NCBI RefSeq assembly: GCF_006345805.1
Contig: NC_043008.1
Location: 1,054,001-1,118,000, forward strand
Length of the DNA stretch: 64,000 nt
From: Octopus sinensis
Taxonomy: Eukaryota
Direction: 5' to 3'
The notes under the pieces were generated by a model, which was not told the origin of the DNA, did not search any database, and was given only the letters and a program-made list of their open reading frames with translations. Both the position numbers and the translations under genes were made by a program. This document shows, one piece after another, positions 42,926 to 57,199 of this stretch (position 1 is its first letter; each line of letters begins with the position of its first letter).

Positions 42926-45900
42926 GGACGCTGTATGATAATATACATAACCTAAACAAAAAATGAAACTTCAGAGAAACAACAGCCAATCAATAAATGT
43001 TGGAAGCAAACCAATGAAGAAATAATTCGCTACACCCACACAAAAGATATAAATATAATCCTAGTCATTGTAAGCGGAAATCGTGTCACGTGATAGATAT
43101 TCAGTTCCTGTAAATGTTTTATATAAATTTATATATGTGTCCGTGTGTGCCTGTGTATGCATATTTCTTTGTCTTTGTGAGTGTGCGTGCGTGTGTGTGT
43201 GTGTGTGTGTGTAATTATCTGCTGTTTGCTGCTATGAACTGTTTAAACGATTTTAACTAAAATATTATAATTTAAAGCGACTTAGGTTTGCTCTCACTCA
43301 GGACTCAGAGAGTTAAAATGCCGATATGTTATGTCATTGTCTGATTTTCTATTCTCTATTAAAAAGAATACTTAACATATGTCAATGACAAGGAAATTTA
43401 GAAATAGAATCAGGTACCAACAATAGATGAATGATTAACATACAATGAAGTGTTTTGCACATTAACATGGCACATCTGCTGTGACCTACTACTCGACTGT
43501 CTTACGGGAAACACCTTAACCGTGGCTTATTGTTCGATCGAATCGTCACCAAAAGTCTCAGAAACACTTGAAAGTCGGTGGTTAGTCTTGTTTAAACGTA
43601 TAATGAATACTTTCACTGGATATGCTGGCTGTCAATAGCAGATCAGATTCTTATATAATAATCGTCTATGTTAGAAGTAGTTGGATTGACTGAAGCCAGG
43701 AAATTCAGCATACTTCGAAAGTTCTTGAATATTACGGTAAAGCAAACTATTTTATCTCTTTAATACCCACATAGAAGATTTCCATTTCAAGTTCGATGGC
43801 ATTCTTATGTGTCATCGCGTTGAAAACTGTTTTCATGTTTGATATCAGTTGTCACCTTTTCTTTGTTTTGTTTAGTAAAAAAACAAAACAAAAACAATTG
43901 ACTCCAGAAAAAAAAAATTGTTGTTGTGGCGAAGAGTAATGCAAATAGCTCACTTAGTGAATTAAATCTATTAGTGTTATGAGGAAGATGAGGAGTCTAT
44001 CGTTTTGGCCGCTAGACTTTCTTAGTAATGAAAACAGTGGTTAAAAACACAGAACAAATATATCGCCACAATGTAGATGTGTAAGTAAAGACAGATAGGG
44101 AGAAAGTCCAATGTGCGGATGTGAGTGCGGTAGGAGCTAATGTGAGTAGGATGGAGTTGTACGACGGAAAAAAAATATTTCGTAAGAGGATTATAGAAAT
44201 GGAGAAATCACGTAGGTTACTGGAAAGGATCGGTCTTAGGTACAAATGTCCTTTTCCCTTAAACAGCTTACCTCTTTACTCAGTTATGGGATGGTCAAGA
44301 AAAAAAGAGATATAAATCAGTTTTTCCTAACCAATTCCCCCCTTTGAAACACAAAAAAAATGTGACCCTTAACAGGCCGTCTTATGTGCTAGAAGGAGCA
44401 GTCAAATCGTCTAAAACCATATTTAAGAGCAATTTCGAAGGGAATGAAAATTAAAAACTTCTACCTTTATATATATATATATATGACCCCTGGAATGCAG
44501 TATCATGAACTAAACATATACAATCTCTACTTCATTTCATTAGGATGATTTCATGGAACGATTACTCTAAGCGAAGAGGAATAGCATGTTTTATCACCAT
44601 TATGGACGTGAAACTTACTTAAAGTGTGAAGGATTTTAACAATTATTTTCGCAGCCTCTGACATGGTAGAATTAACAGAGTATTGTAGAAAGTAACCGAA
44701 CATGTATACGAACTCGGTAACATATGGGACCTCGCCTGCCTGAAATTGTACAAATCTGAGCAGAAATCTGTCCAGAAAATCATGATGTGAACCACTCGCC
44801 AACAGGATACACTATGTAAGATATGTAACCGCAAAGATTTTATGTCACTAATGCAAGGCATTGCATTAAATTTGTTTCAAAGAAATGAATCAACGCAGAC
44901 AAAACGCAAGAGACAAGAGAGTCTTGAGGCGAGTAATACAGAATTCATTTTGCTGAAGTAAACTTCTTAATGACAACCATATATCTCACTTAGGCAAGAC
45001 ACTTTCGGAAACCAGAAGCAAACTCAGACTAACCTATTAAAAGGAGAAGAACGAAAGAGAATCTACGGTAATTTAAAATATAAAATACACCATCGCTCCA
45101 TCACTATATTTGCAAAATGTTTCGTCGCATTTCTTTCCAAACTAGAAAAAAGCATTTGGAGAAAATACTCCTGTAGCACAAGATCTTAGAATGCCCAGTG
45201 AAAAGCTAAATGGAAAACAAAATCCGTTTTCAGTCTCTCATAGGGCTGTACACGACTAATGTCTAATGAGTTATTTAAAACAGCGGCTCCAGAGAAGGGG
45301 GTTGATGAGATCAACTTGAACTCAACAGCTGACCCTGTTCCAAACTACATAACAAGTTAAAAGACTTAATCTATCTAATAAAGTGTATGTGAACCAGTTG
45401 CTGAAAGTCATTGCCTCCCTCCCTGACCATATATACACATCAGGTTGCCCATTTGCTGATAATTTCGAATCACTTGGATATCAGATACTTGTGTATTAAA
45501 ACTGCATAGAGATTTCGTATTGCGTTAGTAATCATGGTAGAGGTAAAAAATCAACAAGGCCAACGCAGCCACCATAATGCATTCCCATTTACTTTCCTCA
45601 GCGTTAAAATACAAACATATTACCCACAAACAGTATGGAAGTTGATTTTGTCCCTCCTTAATCAGATCTAGGTTAAACACCGCTCCGCTCTCTCTGATGT
45701 AGTTTTTAGGGTCGTTTTTCCCAGCCACTGAGATTTGTAAACAGATTTGCCCAGAAAAACTCTTGTTCTAACTTCTACATTTAGATCCATGTCCCGGGGT
45801 TTGGTTTTCTTCATGCTGTTGGCAAAACTGGCGTATATCTCGGTCTTGAACACGAATGCTTCTCTTCTACTTTGAAGCAGCACGCTGAGTTCAATCAAAA

Positions 45901-46717
45901 TCAATTGTTATGATTACATATGTATTTATGAATATATATGCATACATGCATACACATACACACATATATGCACGCATTAATACAGACTGTACTATGAATC
46001 GGCATAAGGCTAGTAGACAAAACTCAATACGAAGTATAGTAATTATATTACTTAATACAGTCATGGGGATAGGTAGATCCGTGACTCTTTACCGTTTGAT
46101 TAATATATTATTATACGGAATTTCAATATTTCAAAAGACCGTTCACTCAGATCTATAATTTACATATGGATTCTACTTTAAATCTGCTTGGAATTATTGG
46201 TTAGATAATATCATACCCGATATAATGCAATGTTATGTGTGGCTATTCATGTATAATTGACTGGTATTATTTCCCTTGCAGCATTCATAAAATAATAATT
46301 ATAGAAAATAAGGAATATATTAGAGGGGAAACATGACAATGTTAAACAATGTTATTTAAAATGACAACAATTAGTCAGAAGCATTCAAACATAGAGGATT
46401 GGTGATCTAAAAGTGTATCAGAACTGATGGGAAGCGGTGCAGCAGGAGGAAGTTTATATTTCTGCTATTCAAGTTTACAGGTCCGTAAAAATGTGGAAGC
46501 CTTGCAAAGCACTGCCGGATTGGAACGGTTAATGGGTTTGCAGACAGGATTATAGTGTATTTGTAAATGTTAGGTTTGATGGTGCGTGTGGCTAACACAT
46601 ACGTACAGGGAAGCATACATACACGTGTATATGTGTAAGCAAATATATATATATATGCATATATATATATATATATACATACACACGCCAACACATGCAC
46701 ACATACATATATAGATT

Positions 46718-46748
<31 letters not shown>

Positions 46749-47072
46749 GGTGTTTGCGTGTATTCGTCTTTTATTTGTTCTTTCTCTCAGTCTTTGGACT
46801 GTGGCCATGCTGGAGACCCGCCTTGAAGAGTTCTTAGTCGAAAGAATAGAGTCCATTTGGTTTTGATTGTTTTTCAGATTGCTATATGTATTATCTTATA
46901 TTTAATCTTTCTATAATTTGTAATTTTTCTAAATGGGATAATAAAAATTTTCATTATTGTATTGATAAAAGGTGCTCATTCTAATTTCTATATATAATAT
47001 CTATTTTAAAAATTTGATTTAGTATTTCTAAATTGAATTTTTCCTTGTATGTTTGGAACAATATTCCCTCAT

Positions 47073-47134
<62 letters not shown>

Positions 47135-47259
47135 ATACATATATAATATATGCACACACACACACACATACACGCATATATATATATACTGAGTCGTGTA
47201 TCAGGGTCACCCACTAGAGAACTCAAAGGAATCGACCAATGGTAAATTGTGGAATGGCT

Positions 47260-47345
47260 ATTGTTCACAACATGACATGTAAAACTTGTGGAAAGATGTG
47301 CCTCTCAGCGGGAACATTGAAAACGAATGTTGAAAGCGTTCCTAC
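47260..47345 (+). mobile_element. Possible RTE-type LINE C-terminal zinc-finger remnant
   Basis: Reads MTCKTCGKMCLSAGTLKT, resembling the CxxCGKxCxSxxGLxxH end of RTE-clade ORFs; the His ligands are lost. Confidence 0.4.
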
Positions 47346-47404
47346 TGTGGCACCTGTCCCTTCGGCCGGCCGGCCAGCACAGCTATGCTGTATGTAATAG
47401 AAAA

Positions 47405-47623
47405 GCGGCGAACTGGCGGAAAGGTTAGCACTCCGGGCGAAATGCTTAGCGGTATTTCGTCTGTCTTTACGTTCTGAGTTCAAATTCCGCCGAGTTCGAC
47501 TTTGCTTTTTATCTTTTCGGGGTCGATAAATTAAGTACCAATTGCGTACTGGGGTCGATCCTATCGACTTCCCCCTCCTTCCCCAGAATTTAGGGCCTTG
47601 TGCCTACAGTAAAAAAGATTATT
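47405..47623 (+). mobile_element. Well-preserved tRNA-derived SINE
   Basis: A-box-like CTGGCGGAAAGG and B-box GAGTTCAAATTCC, body GGGGTCGATAAATTAAGTACCA. Highly similar to 60227-60451. Confidence 0.9.
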
Positions 47624-48564
47624 TAATACACTTTGCAAATTTTTTGTCAGGCTCAAGAGTCAATCCTCTCAAGACTCAGATTACATCAAGAATGACTCAT
47701 TTCAATGATTCTTTCTATTAATGGCTTTGCTCGTATACAAGAAAGCAGCTAAGAAGTATGTATGTCTACGTATTTAAGCATGCGCGTATGTATAATGTAT
47801 AGACAGATGGATTTCAGTATCCTCATATAATTCTGAGAATTAACCACTTCATAAAGTAATAAGCCGCCGTGTGTTGTGTACAACTTATATCGTATGCTGT
47901 TGGCAGTTTCTGTAATTTTGTTATTCCGTGCTTACCCCATTGTAAAATGATGTAGCAATTAACTTTTAATACACAGTCAGATGTTTGGCAGCTTGCACAC
48001 ACTTAAGATTTCCTAAGGTTTGGCAAAGACATACTTGAATAATTTTAGAAGAATACTTACAAATGCCATGCATTGCTGGAGAGCAGAGTCTTGTTTTAAG
48101 ATTATTAATAGATTTTACTAAACCTTATTCTGACGGTTATATGGGTAATCAATTTGTTGGTAACATTTAATGTCTATCTAAAGAGAATTTTGAACGGTTA
48201 ATGTTTGTAGTTTTTGATTGATTGAGAGAAAACTTTCTCATATTATGTAATAAGAAAGCGTATAACTTTAAGATGAATCATTGTTGTTTGGGAATATTGA
48301 TATAAAATTATGTAACTTTAGCAATAGTTTCATTGTTTCAATCCCGCTGAGAATTTAAAAGATCGTTTTACATAAAGGGACCATTATAATTCATTTCTAA
48401 TATAGAAGGAAAATTCTCACTGCGCAGTAACTTAGGTAAGCGTCTTCTACAATAGTTCTTGGCCGACCAACGACTTTTGAGTGCATTTTCGTTGACGGAA
48501 ATTGTAGGGAAGCCCATCAGATATATGTATTCACACGCATACTCTTTCACACGCATATGTTTGC

Positions 48565-48987
48565 TGTCAGAATGACGCCTCTGATGAGATCACAATGCAG
48601 TTCGAAAATCAATCAAGGTTGTTCGTTTTTTCTGTCTGCGGAGAAATAGCAAAAATTTGCCCTGTTTATAATTATACCATATGTTACATATATATTGTAT
48701 CATACCTTGATAATGTGTGGACTAAGATCCCCGTTCACAGGCCGCTGGTATTAATAGAGTGTTAAACACTTTGGGTGTGCGAATTAGGGACTCCTTCATG
48801 GAGTAAGTTCAGCATTTGTGGAGTATATATACAGGTTGGCTACTTGTTTCTCTGGAGACTGCCAGAATGTGGCAGACGCCTCCGATGAGAACCCAATAAG
48901 GTTCGAAAATGATTTAAGGTTATTCATCATGTTTTCAGTCTGCGGGGCAAAGGCTAACACATTTGCCTTTTATAATTTATACCATAT

Positions 48988-48990
<3 letters not shown>
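48565..48990 (+). mobile_element. Diverged ~300-bp direct repeat pair, each with a hammerhead-like motif
   Basis: GCCT-CTGATGA-GATC..GTTC-GAAA..AGGT (48577-48620) and GCCT-CCGATGA-GAACC-CAATAA-GGTTC-GAAA..TA-AGGT (48878-48920). The downstream ~70 nt are also homologous. Confidence 0.7.
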
Positions 48991-49056
<66 letters not shown>

Positions 49057-49840
49057 TGTGTGTGTGTGTGTTTATAGTTTTGCATGTTTTATGCTTGTGT
49101 TTTTTTTCTCCATTTGCTGGTTCTCGTTTGCTGTAGTTCAGCAATAAAAATAAATAGTATAAGCTCCAGAGATAGAAATAATTACCGGAAATCAATGTGT
49201 TCGGGTAAATTTTACAAGGCAGAGCCCCAGTTTGTCCAATGTACAATGACTGGAGCACGTAAAATATTAAAGTAAAAGGTTTAGTAAAGTAATTTAGGAA
49301 AGAAAGTAATAACTCTCATGAATTTTGGTAATGCCCGAAATCCGGAATTATATTTTTCTTTGTTTTCCTTCCCAGGGAGCAAAGGTTAATAGTTATTGTG
49401 CATGGAATCAAGAGGAAATGACAAATAGAGATTCATTGCTCTACAGACCAAATAATGATAAATTGAAGTTATTGCCATGCACTTTGTGGACTCCTAACAA
49501 GTAGCCCTTCACAGGAATCTACAAAGCTTAATTTGTTTTGTTTTTTTAAACAGTTTAGGAATATGGTTAATTTTAAAGATGTCCATTAATTTAAGATATT
49601 CGCTTGCCTGGTTGCAAACATTGTGAACAATTGGTTTTACAGATTAATTGGTTTACAGTTGGTTTGTTTAGCATCAGTTAAATCCAAATTAAATGGAAGA
49701 GTTCCACATACTATTGTTCATCCATTTACAGACTTTCGTATATCGAATATTATATCATTCAATGAACAACACCCATTAAAAATCGGAGTATCGAGTTAAT
49801 TTGATAAGACTCGCAGGTCAAGAAAATATATTTTAGTTTA

Positions 49841-49908
49841 GTTCCATATATAAAGGCTTATAATTTATTTTGGTTCCATATATAAAGGCTTATAATTTAT
49901 TTTGGTTC
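49841..49908 (+). repeat. Perfect 32-bp tandem duplication
   Basis: GTTCCATATATAAAGGCTTATAATTTATTTTG at 49841 and 49873. Confidence 0.9.
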
Positions 49909-50019
49909 GTGGTCTGTTGATAAATTTATATTAACCAAGTATATAACCAAATTTGTTGTGTTATTTCAAGTTTGTAAGGGAAATAGTGGTTGATATTGAC
50001 GTCTCTATTCTTTTCTTCC

Positions 50020-50204
50020 CTAGGCACAAAACACGAAATTAGGAGAAAGGGGTCTGCTCGATTAGATCGACCCCAGTACACAACCGGTATTTAATTCATC
50101 GACCCGAAAGGATGAAAAGCAAAGTCGACCTCGGCGGGATTTGAACCTAGAACGTAAAATCAGACGAAATAACGCTAAGCATTTCGCCCGGCGTCCTCGC
50201 CGGC
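50020..50204 (-). mobile_element. tRNA-derived SINE
   Basis: Reverse complement of the 47405 family (ATCGACCCGAAAGGATGAAAAGCAAAGTCGACCTCGGCGGGATTTGAAC...GCATTTCGCCCGG). Confidence 0.9.
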
Positions 50205-51166
50205 TTTTATAATTTGTATATTATTGCATGGTTTGAAGTCTGTAGGGTGTCATGTAGTCTATTGAGGAATGAATTTTACGGTAGTTTGCTGCTTTTAATG
50301 TGCACTGAAATTTGAAGCATTTGGCTGTGTAATTTACAATATAATTGTAGAAAGGTTAAAAAAATCTAATATATTAAATTTTAATGGTATTATGTTTTAG
50401 AATAAATACTATGATCATATGGAAAGGGTTAATATGTTAGATAACATACACAGCATTTCTAAAGAAACTGCAATCAGATACCAGGTCTAAAACATTGATC
50501 ATAATTTAAAACTTTTGTTATGATTTATATATCTGAATTTTCCTGACATAAAACAGATAATGCAGCGACCTCCATGTTTTACTCAAATAAAGAAACATTA
50601 AGATTAAATATTTCTTTATCAATATCATCGATATAGAAATGTATAGGAAACAAGCTAGGCTATCAGCATAATAATTCAAGCTCAGTTGTAGGCTAATAAA
50701 TACTTGCCATGAATGTACATGTGTGAACAAGCACTGTTTGGCCATCAACAGGGATCCATAAAGATATTTGTTGTGTTGTGATGAAAACAGTATCCTAACA
50801 TCGAGATGACATATCTACGTATGCATATCTATGTATATATATATATGAATATATGTATGTATATATGTATGTATATATGTACGTATGTACACATGCATCT
50901 ATCTATGCATGCGTGTATTCATCTATAACTACGTTCCTACCTACCTACATACATACATAGCAACCTTCCAAATTACTTCCTGGTTTGGGTATATCTTTCT
51001 TTCTGTCTCTCTTTCTGTTCTCTCTCTTTCACTCTTTCTCCGTCTGTCCGTCTGCTTGTCTCTCTCTCTCTCTCTCTCTCTCTGTTATTCTCTTTTTCTA
51101 TCTGTATCTCACTCTGTCTGTATCTCTCACTCTCTCTATCTATCTATATCTATATCAATATATATA

Positions 51167-51238
<72 letters not shown>

Positions 51239-51275
51239 CATATTCATCCCCCACTTCATATATTGGACATGCTGA

Positions 51276-51329
<54 letters not shown>

Positions 51330-51948
51330 ATGTTTGTGTATGTATACATGTATAAACGTATGTGTGTTTTTAATTCAAACCTGAAGCGATCAACTATTTT
51401 CATTTAATCTGATACTGCTTGCACATTTGTAAAACTTTCAACACATGAAAATTAAAGAAATAATAATAAGAAAAAAAATAAAAAGCAAGCTGCAAAATCA
51501 CACAATACGCTCATTATTTTGTGTCGTTAATGAACATATAATTACACTTTTCAAACTGGAGTTCATATATGTGAGCAAAAATAATACTGATTAAAAATCG
51601 ATTTCATTTTCGTATGCGTTTCCATTTTTATCAATTAATTCTCGTGTAAATTTATATATTTTTCCGAACCTTCTCATATGGAAATCTTCATTATTCCATT
51701 GCCCTCTCTGAAAATTTTCTATTTCTGAAATTGTTAATTATGAAAATAGATCAGCGTAAAATTTAACAGATAAATGACTTCTATTTTTCCATATCAGATT
51801 GTCTTATTATAAAATATGCGTGTACCTCTGTGTGTGTGTCGATGTTTATGTACTTACGCCGTATATACACCCTGACATATACATATGCATGACTGTGTAT
51901 ATATATAAATGCATATGTATATATGTACAAACATCCACATATATATGC

Positions 51949-52020
<72 letters not shown>

Positions 52021-52151
52021 GCGTGCATGAATATACAGATAGATGTATATATAAGTATTTATTTATACATATACGTATATCTATCAATCTATTCATCTCT
52101 CTCTATATCTCTACGGATGTACATATGTATGTATGTACCTATCTATCTACA

Positions 52152-52244
<93 letters not shown>

Positions 52245-52249
52245 ACATG

Positions 52250-52412
52250 TAGATGAAGTGGGTGTGTGGAAAGGAGCTTGTTTACCACATGGTTTCGGGT
52301 TCAGTCCCACAGCGAGGCACCTTGGGAAAGTGTCTTCTACTATAGCTTTGGGGCGACCAAAAATCTTGTGAATGGGTTTCATGAATGGAAACTGAAAGGA
52401 GTCCGTCGTTTG

Positions 52413-52456
<44 letters not shown>

Positions 52457-52602
52457 TGTGTTTATTTCTCCGTAACTTAGGGGTTCGGGAAAAGATCTAA
52501 TAGAATAAGTACTAGGCTTACAAAGAATAAGTACTGGGGTCGATTTGCTCGACTAGAGGCGATGCCCCAGTATGGCCGCAGTGAAATAATTTATACTAGT
52601 AA
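52250..52602 (+). mobile_element. Composite SINE, second family (head, (TA)n, 3' domain)
   Basis: CACATGGTTTCGGGTTCAGTCCCAC..GGCACCTTGGG.AAGTGTCTTCTACTATAGC, then GTAACTTAG..TAGAATAAGTACTAGGCTTACAAAGAATAAG..GGGGTCGATTTGCTCGACT. Confidence 0.85.
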
Positions 52603-53200
52603 AAATATGCACTTATACATATTAGATACGATGTATGCAAATGATTTCAGTGTATATGAGTGTGTAGCAAGGTTGGGCTCCAAACATAACATAGTCATGG
52701 AAAAAAAAAAGAAGAAAAGAAACAAAATAATTTTTTTTAAATACAAAAAACTGTCTTGTTCTGTGCTTGCAATAAATGACTAGCATCCTGAACCGCAGTG
52801 CTCCAGCGTGGCCGGTATAACATAGATGAAATCAACATAATTAAAACATTCGTATTTATTGTAGTCATTGATAATTCTATAAAGAAAGCCAAGAAACATC
52901 TACAAATATATATAACATATATATATATATATATAATTAAAGCAATATATCATATTTGCTTTCTATCTTACATTTTATTTACCACTTCTTCTATTCCTTA
53001 TGCGCCTTCTTTTTCCTATTTATTCTCTGATTTCAAGTTGATCAATACGAGACTAATTTATTTTAATTGCCATTTTCTTGAATCTGACTTCTTTACATCA
53101 ATTAATTTATTGTGTAGATATTTATTTTATTTTGCACATCATATATATGTGTGTGTGTGTGTGCGTGTGTATGTGTGTATATAACAAATATATATATATG

Positions 53201-53242
<42 letters not shown>

Positions 53243-53387
53243 TACATTGGTGGAACTATAATAATTTCACCAAATTGAAAATAATTACTTAATATACATG
53301 TAAAGGTGAAAGTAACCTCATATATAATATTTATGCGATTCGAAAAGTAAAAACAAATACAACACCGATGTGAATATATGTGTGCGA

Positions 53388-53420
<33 letters not shown>

Positions 53421-53614
53421 TGTGTGCGTATGAATAATGATTTGTATGCACGGATGGAAGTATGTTCTTTTGTGTATGTGCATGCGTGTAAGTATGTGTG
53501 TGTCAATATAATATAGATATATGTGCGTGTGCACGTTTGTGTATGTATCTATGTATCTATATATTATCTATGTATCTGTCTATTATCTATTTTCTATTTG
53601 TCTGTCTATCTATC

Positions 53615-53661
<47 letters not shown>

Positions 53662-53685
53662 ATATCTATCTATTTATCTATCTAT

Positions 53686-53739
<54 letters not shown>

Positions 53740-53853
53740 ATCTATCTATCTATCTATCCATCTGTCTGTCTGTCTATCTATCTGCCCCTTTATCCCTGTC
53801 GTTATTTCTCCCCCTCTTTCTCTGTCCGCCTGTCTATCTGTCTCCCCTCTCTT

Positions 53854-53931
<78 letters not shown>

Positions 53932-54302
53932 AGCAATAATAATTTCTAATAATTGTAAAGTGTGAGCGTGTTTCATTTTGACACAAGCGCCAATCAAATT
54001 TAATTCTGCTTGTCGTCATTCACACGACTCGGAGGTAACTGATACCTAAATAATTTTCGAGTATTTATCATGATAGGTTAGTCTACAACAAGATCGATTA
54101 TATATATATATAAGTGTGTAGGTGGCAGATGAAAATCGTCACGTAGAGTAACATCCTCACTTTTGTGTCTTTGATAAACCATTTTTCTTTCTTCCTTCAC
54201 CATTTTTCTAAAAACTTGGTTTATCAACTGTTCCTCCTACATACTTTGTTAATGTATATACAGAACGTACATATATAAACATACATATATATATATATAC
54301 TT

Positions 54303-54359
<57 letters not shown>

Positions 54360-54360
<1 letters not shown>

Positions 54361-54615
54361 TATTATATCTTCATTCTTTGATTCGTTTCAATCACTTGAC
54401 TGTGTTTATGCTGGAGCAAATCGACCCTAGGACTTATTCGTTGCGACCCAAGTACTCATTCTACCGGACTTTTTTTGCCGAAGACCTGGATTACGGGGAC
54501 GCAAATACACCTACATCTGTTGTCAAGCGATGGTGGGGGGACAATGACACAGACACCGAACCTAAACGGTGTGGTTCGTAAGCAAGGTACCTACTGCGTA
54601 GCCACTCCTGCGCCT
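54360..54615 (-). mobile_element. SINE, second family, internally deleted
   Basis: Reverse complement of the 52250 family; ends ..GTAGCCACTCCTGCGCC. Confidence 0.8.
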
Positions 54616-57199
54616 TTAAAGATATATATATATACATATATATATATGTATATATAGGATGTACACACACACACACATACATGCTAATGTTCTGCATTAC
54701 TGTTAACAATGTGCTCCCAATTCCTTCGTAATCTTGCTAATCTATTTCATCTTGTCCCAATTCGCTTAACTAAATCGTCATCTCACGAACGTAATTATGT
54801 TCCAAAAGTTCTCCGAGTGGCTTTGATCTCCTGATTCCACTCAGTGACCCTTGTCACATGTCTGACAAGAGAGTGAATACAAACCCATGGCATATATACC
54901 TATAATTGCAGTTCTTTGGAAAGGAGAGGTGTAAGGGCCCGTCTAATGGACGCGTAAAAGAAAAGACGTACATAAGTAAACACACACACACACACACACA
55001 CACATAAATAGATGCTGTTAGTTAATATATCAGAGGACGTAGAACATAAAATGCAATTGCATAAACATTTATAATGACGACCTTCGATACCTGTAGCTAG
55101 GCACTAACGCATCTGCTGCTTTAGTTTCGCTAGTTGTCTGCGAAATTTGAAATTCGAACACACAATTCCTCACACAGTATAACGATTGATTATTATTTCG
55201 GTTATCAATAAGCGATTTCAGATTGAACAGATACAAGATAAAATGTATTCAATCCGGTCGTAAACATCAAGTATGCTTACCTCACTGGCTATAGAGTACC
55301 GAATAATATCGCCCATAAGGAGCGTTCTTTTTAGGATTTCGAGCTAATAATCTGCGCTCTGATTTTCTGCAGCAGACAAGTCATTTTCACCCGGACCGAG
55401 AATTGAAACCATGATTTTATGATCTTCAGCCTAAACACAGCATGGCTTAACTCTGCAAGACTAACATTATCCAGTGTGATCTTTTGTATCAAAACAATTT
55501 AATTTAAAGATTTGGGTGCGATCTCTGGTAGGTTTAGTAATCAGGAAGCGGTGGCTGCATTTGGTAGTAAATATTCCAGTTATTTTCTTTAGAGATTAGG
55601 TTTTGCTTTTCTTCCGTTATCTTCCAAAAAATTGTGTCACACACACATACACACCCTAGCACACAAACACACACACATTCATACTCACAAACACTCTGTA
55701 TTTATCAGAATATATTTGCATGCATTCAAAACAGTAATTGGAATATTCTTTACGTATATTTTAAAAATTTTGTAGTCTTATATTCTCTCGCGAAACCTTC
55801 TATGGTATATCTATCTATTTTAACACGAAATCATGTAGCGAGTTGGGGAATATTTCGCGATAAATCATGGGGAATTTATTTGGGCGAATGGAATGGTAGC
55901 GCTTCGTAATCTTTACTGAAGCAGCAAATGAGCATTCAGAATTCAGAATTGCAAAATGTTTGGAAATGCAATCCATCATTATACAAACCACATAGAGAAT
56001 GATATAGGAAAAGTATATGAATACTTATCCATGTTTGTGTGAAATATAAATACGCGTTATTGTCGAAGATGCGTTGAAGTATTTATGCTTTAGGCACCAG
56101 AAGAAAATATATGATATCTTAACCTATACGTGCTTCTTTCCTCTCAAACGCTGTGTAAAAACTAACCCTAGACGAGATCTTCCAGAAGTTTAGGATTATT
56201 TGAATTTGATTTATTTTGAATTCCCCTTCACCGGTTTAAAATTCCATCATCGTCGTCGTTATCATCTTGTCAAGCAACCTGTGTGGACCAGTGATCTTCT
56301 TTCAGCAAGAACTCTCGATTGAGCGATTCCTCACGGGCACACACCACTATTATAGATGATAGCAGTAGTTGACAACTGAAAAACAAACGGAATCCGGCGT
56401 TGAAAAGTTAAATATCCACTGGTAGAAAAAATAATTGAACTAGCTCTTAAGAGTGGTATTGTTATTTAGATTCGAGCGAGATTTGATCCCCAAGCACCTT
56501 TGATTGAAGTTAATCTAGAATTATGTAATATTTCGATATATCTAGGACAACGGTATACATTATTAGAAAGCAGAGTATCATTCGAGAGAAAGTTAAATGA
56601 GTTTACTGATACGATACTGCCGGTTCATTAGTCGGAATCGTAATGGAACAAGACTTCAGAAAGAGAGAGAGAGAGAGCGAGAGAGAGACGGGGGAGAGTG
56701 AAGGAGAGAGACCATGAGTAATTGAGACTGTTCTAAGAAGTGGAGTATGATTTAAAGTGGGAATCAAAGGAAATATACTAGAGAGATAGCAATAAAATGA
56801 GAGAGAGTGAGTGTGATACGGATATGGAAATACAGAAAGATGGAAATGTAGAAAATTTAGTGATTTCACTGCTTCTTTATTCATCTCAGTATATCAATCG
56901 AACCGCCTCTCTGCTTTCGTTTAAAGTTGTTTTCGAGTGTATCTTGGTATATAAAATCATACTTACTTGAAAATTCGCTACACGAAAACTAAGATCGTGT
57001 ATACATTTGCATATAAATGTGTGTGTTTCTCTGTGTGTGTGTGTGTGTGTGTGTTTCTGTGTGTGTTGTGTGTGTGAGTATGTGTGCGCGTGCGTGTGTG
57101 TTTGTTTGTGTGTGTGTATGTATGTTAGTATTTGCACATGCATAGTGTATGTAAATATATATTTCATGGTTGCTTTCTGCAGGAACTGCTGAGATTAAA

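Noticed and set aside
47405-47500. tRNA gene
   Set aside because: The A/B-box-like motifs belong to a multi-copy SINE head; I found no cloverleaf.
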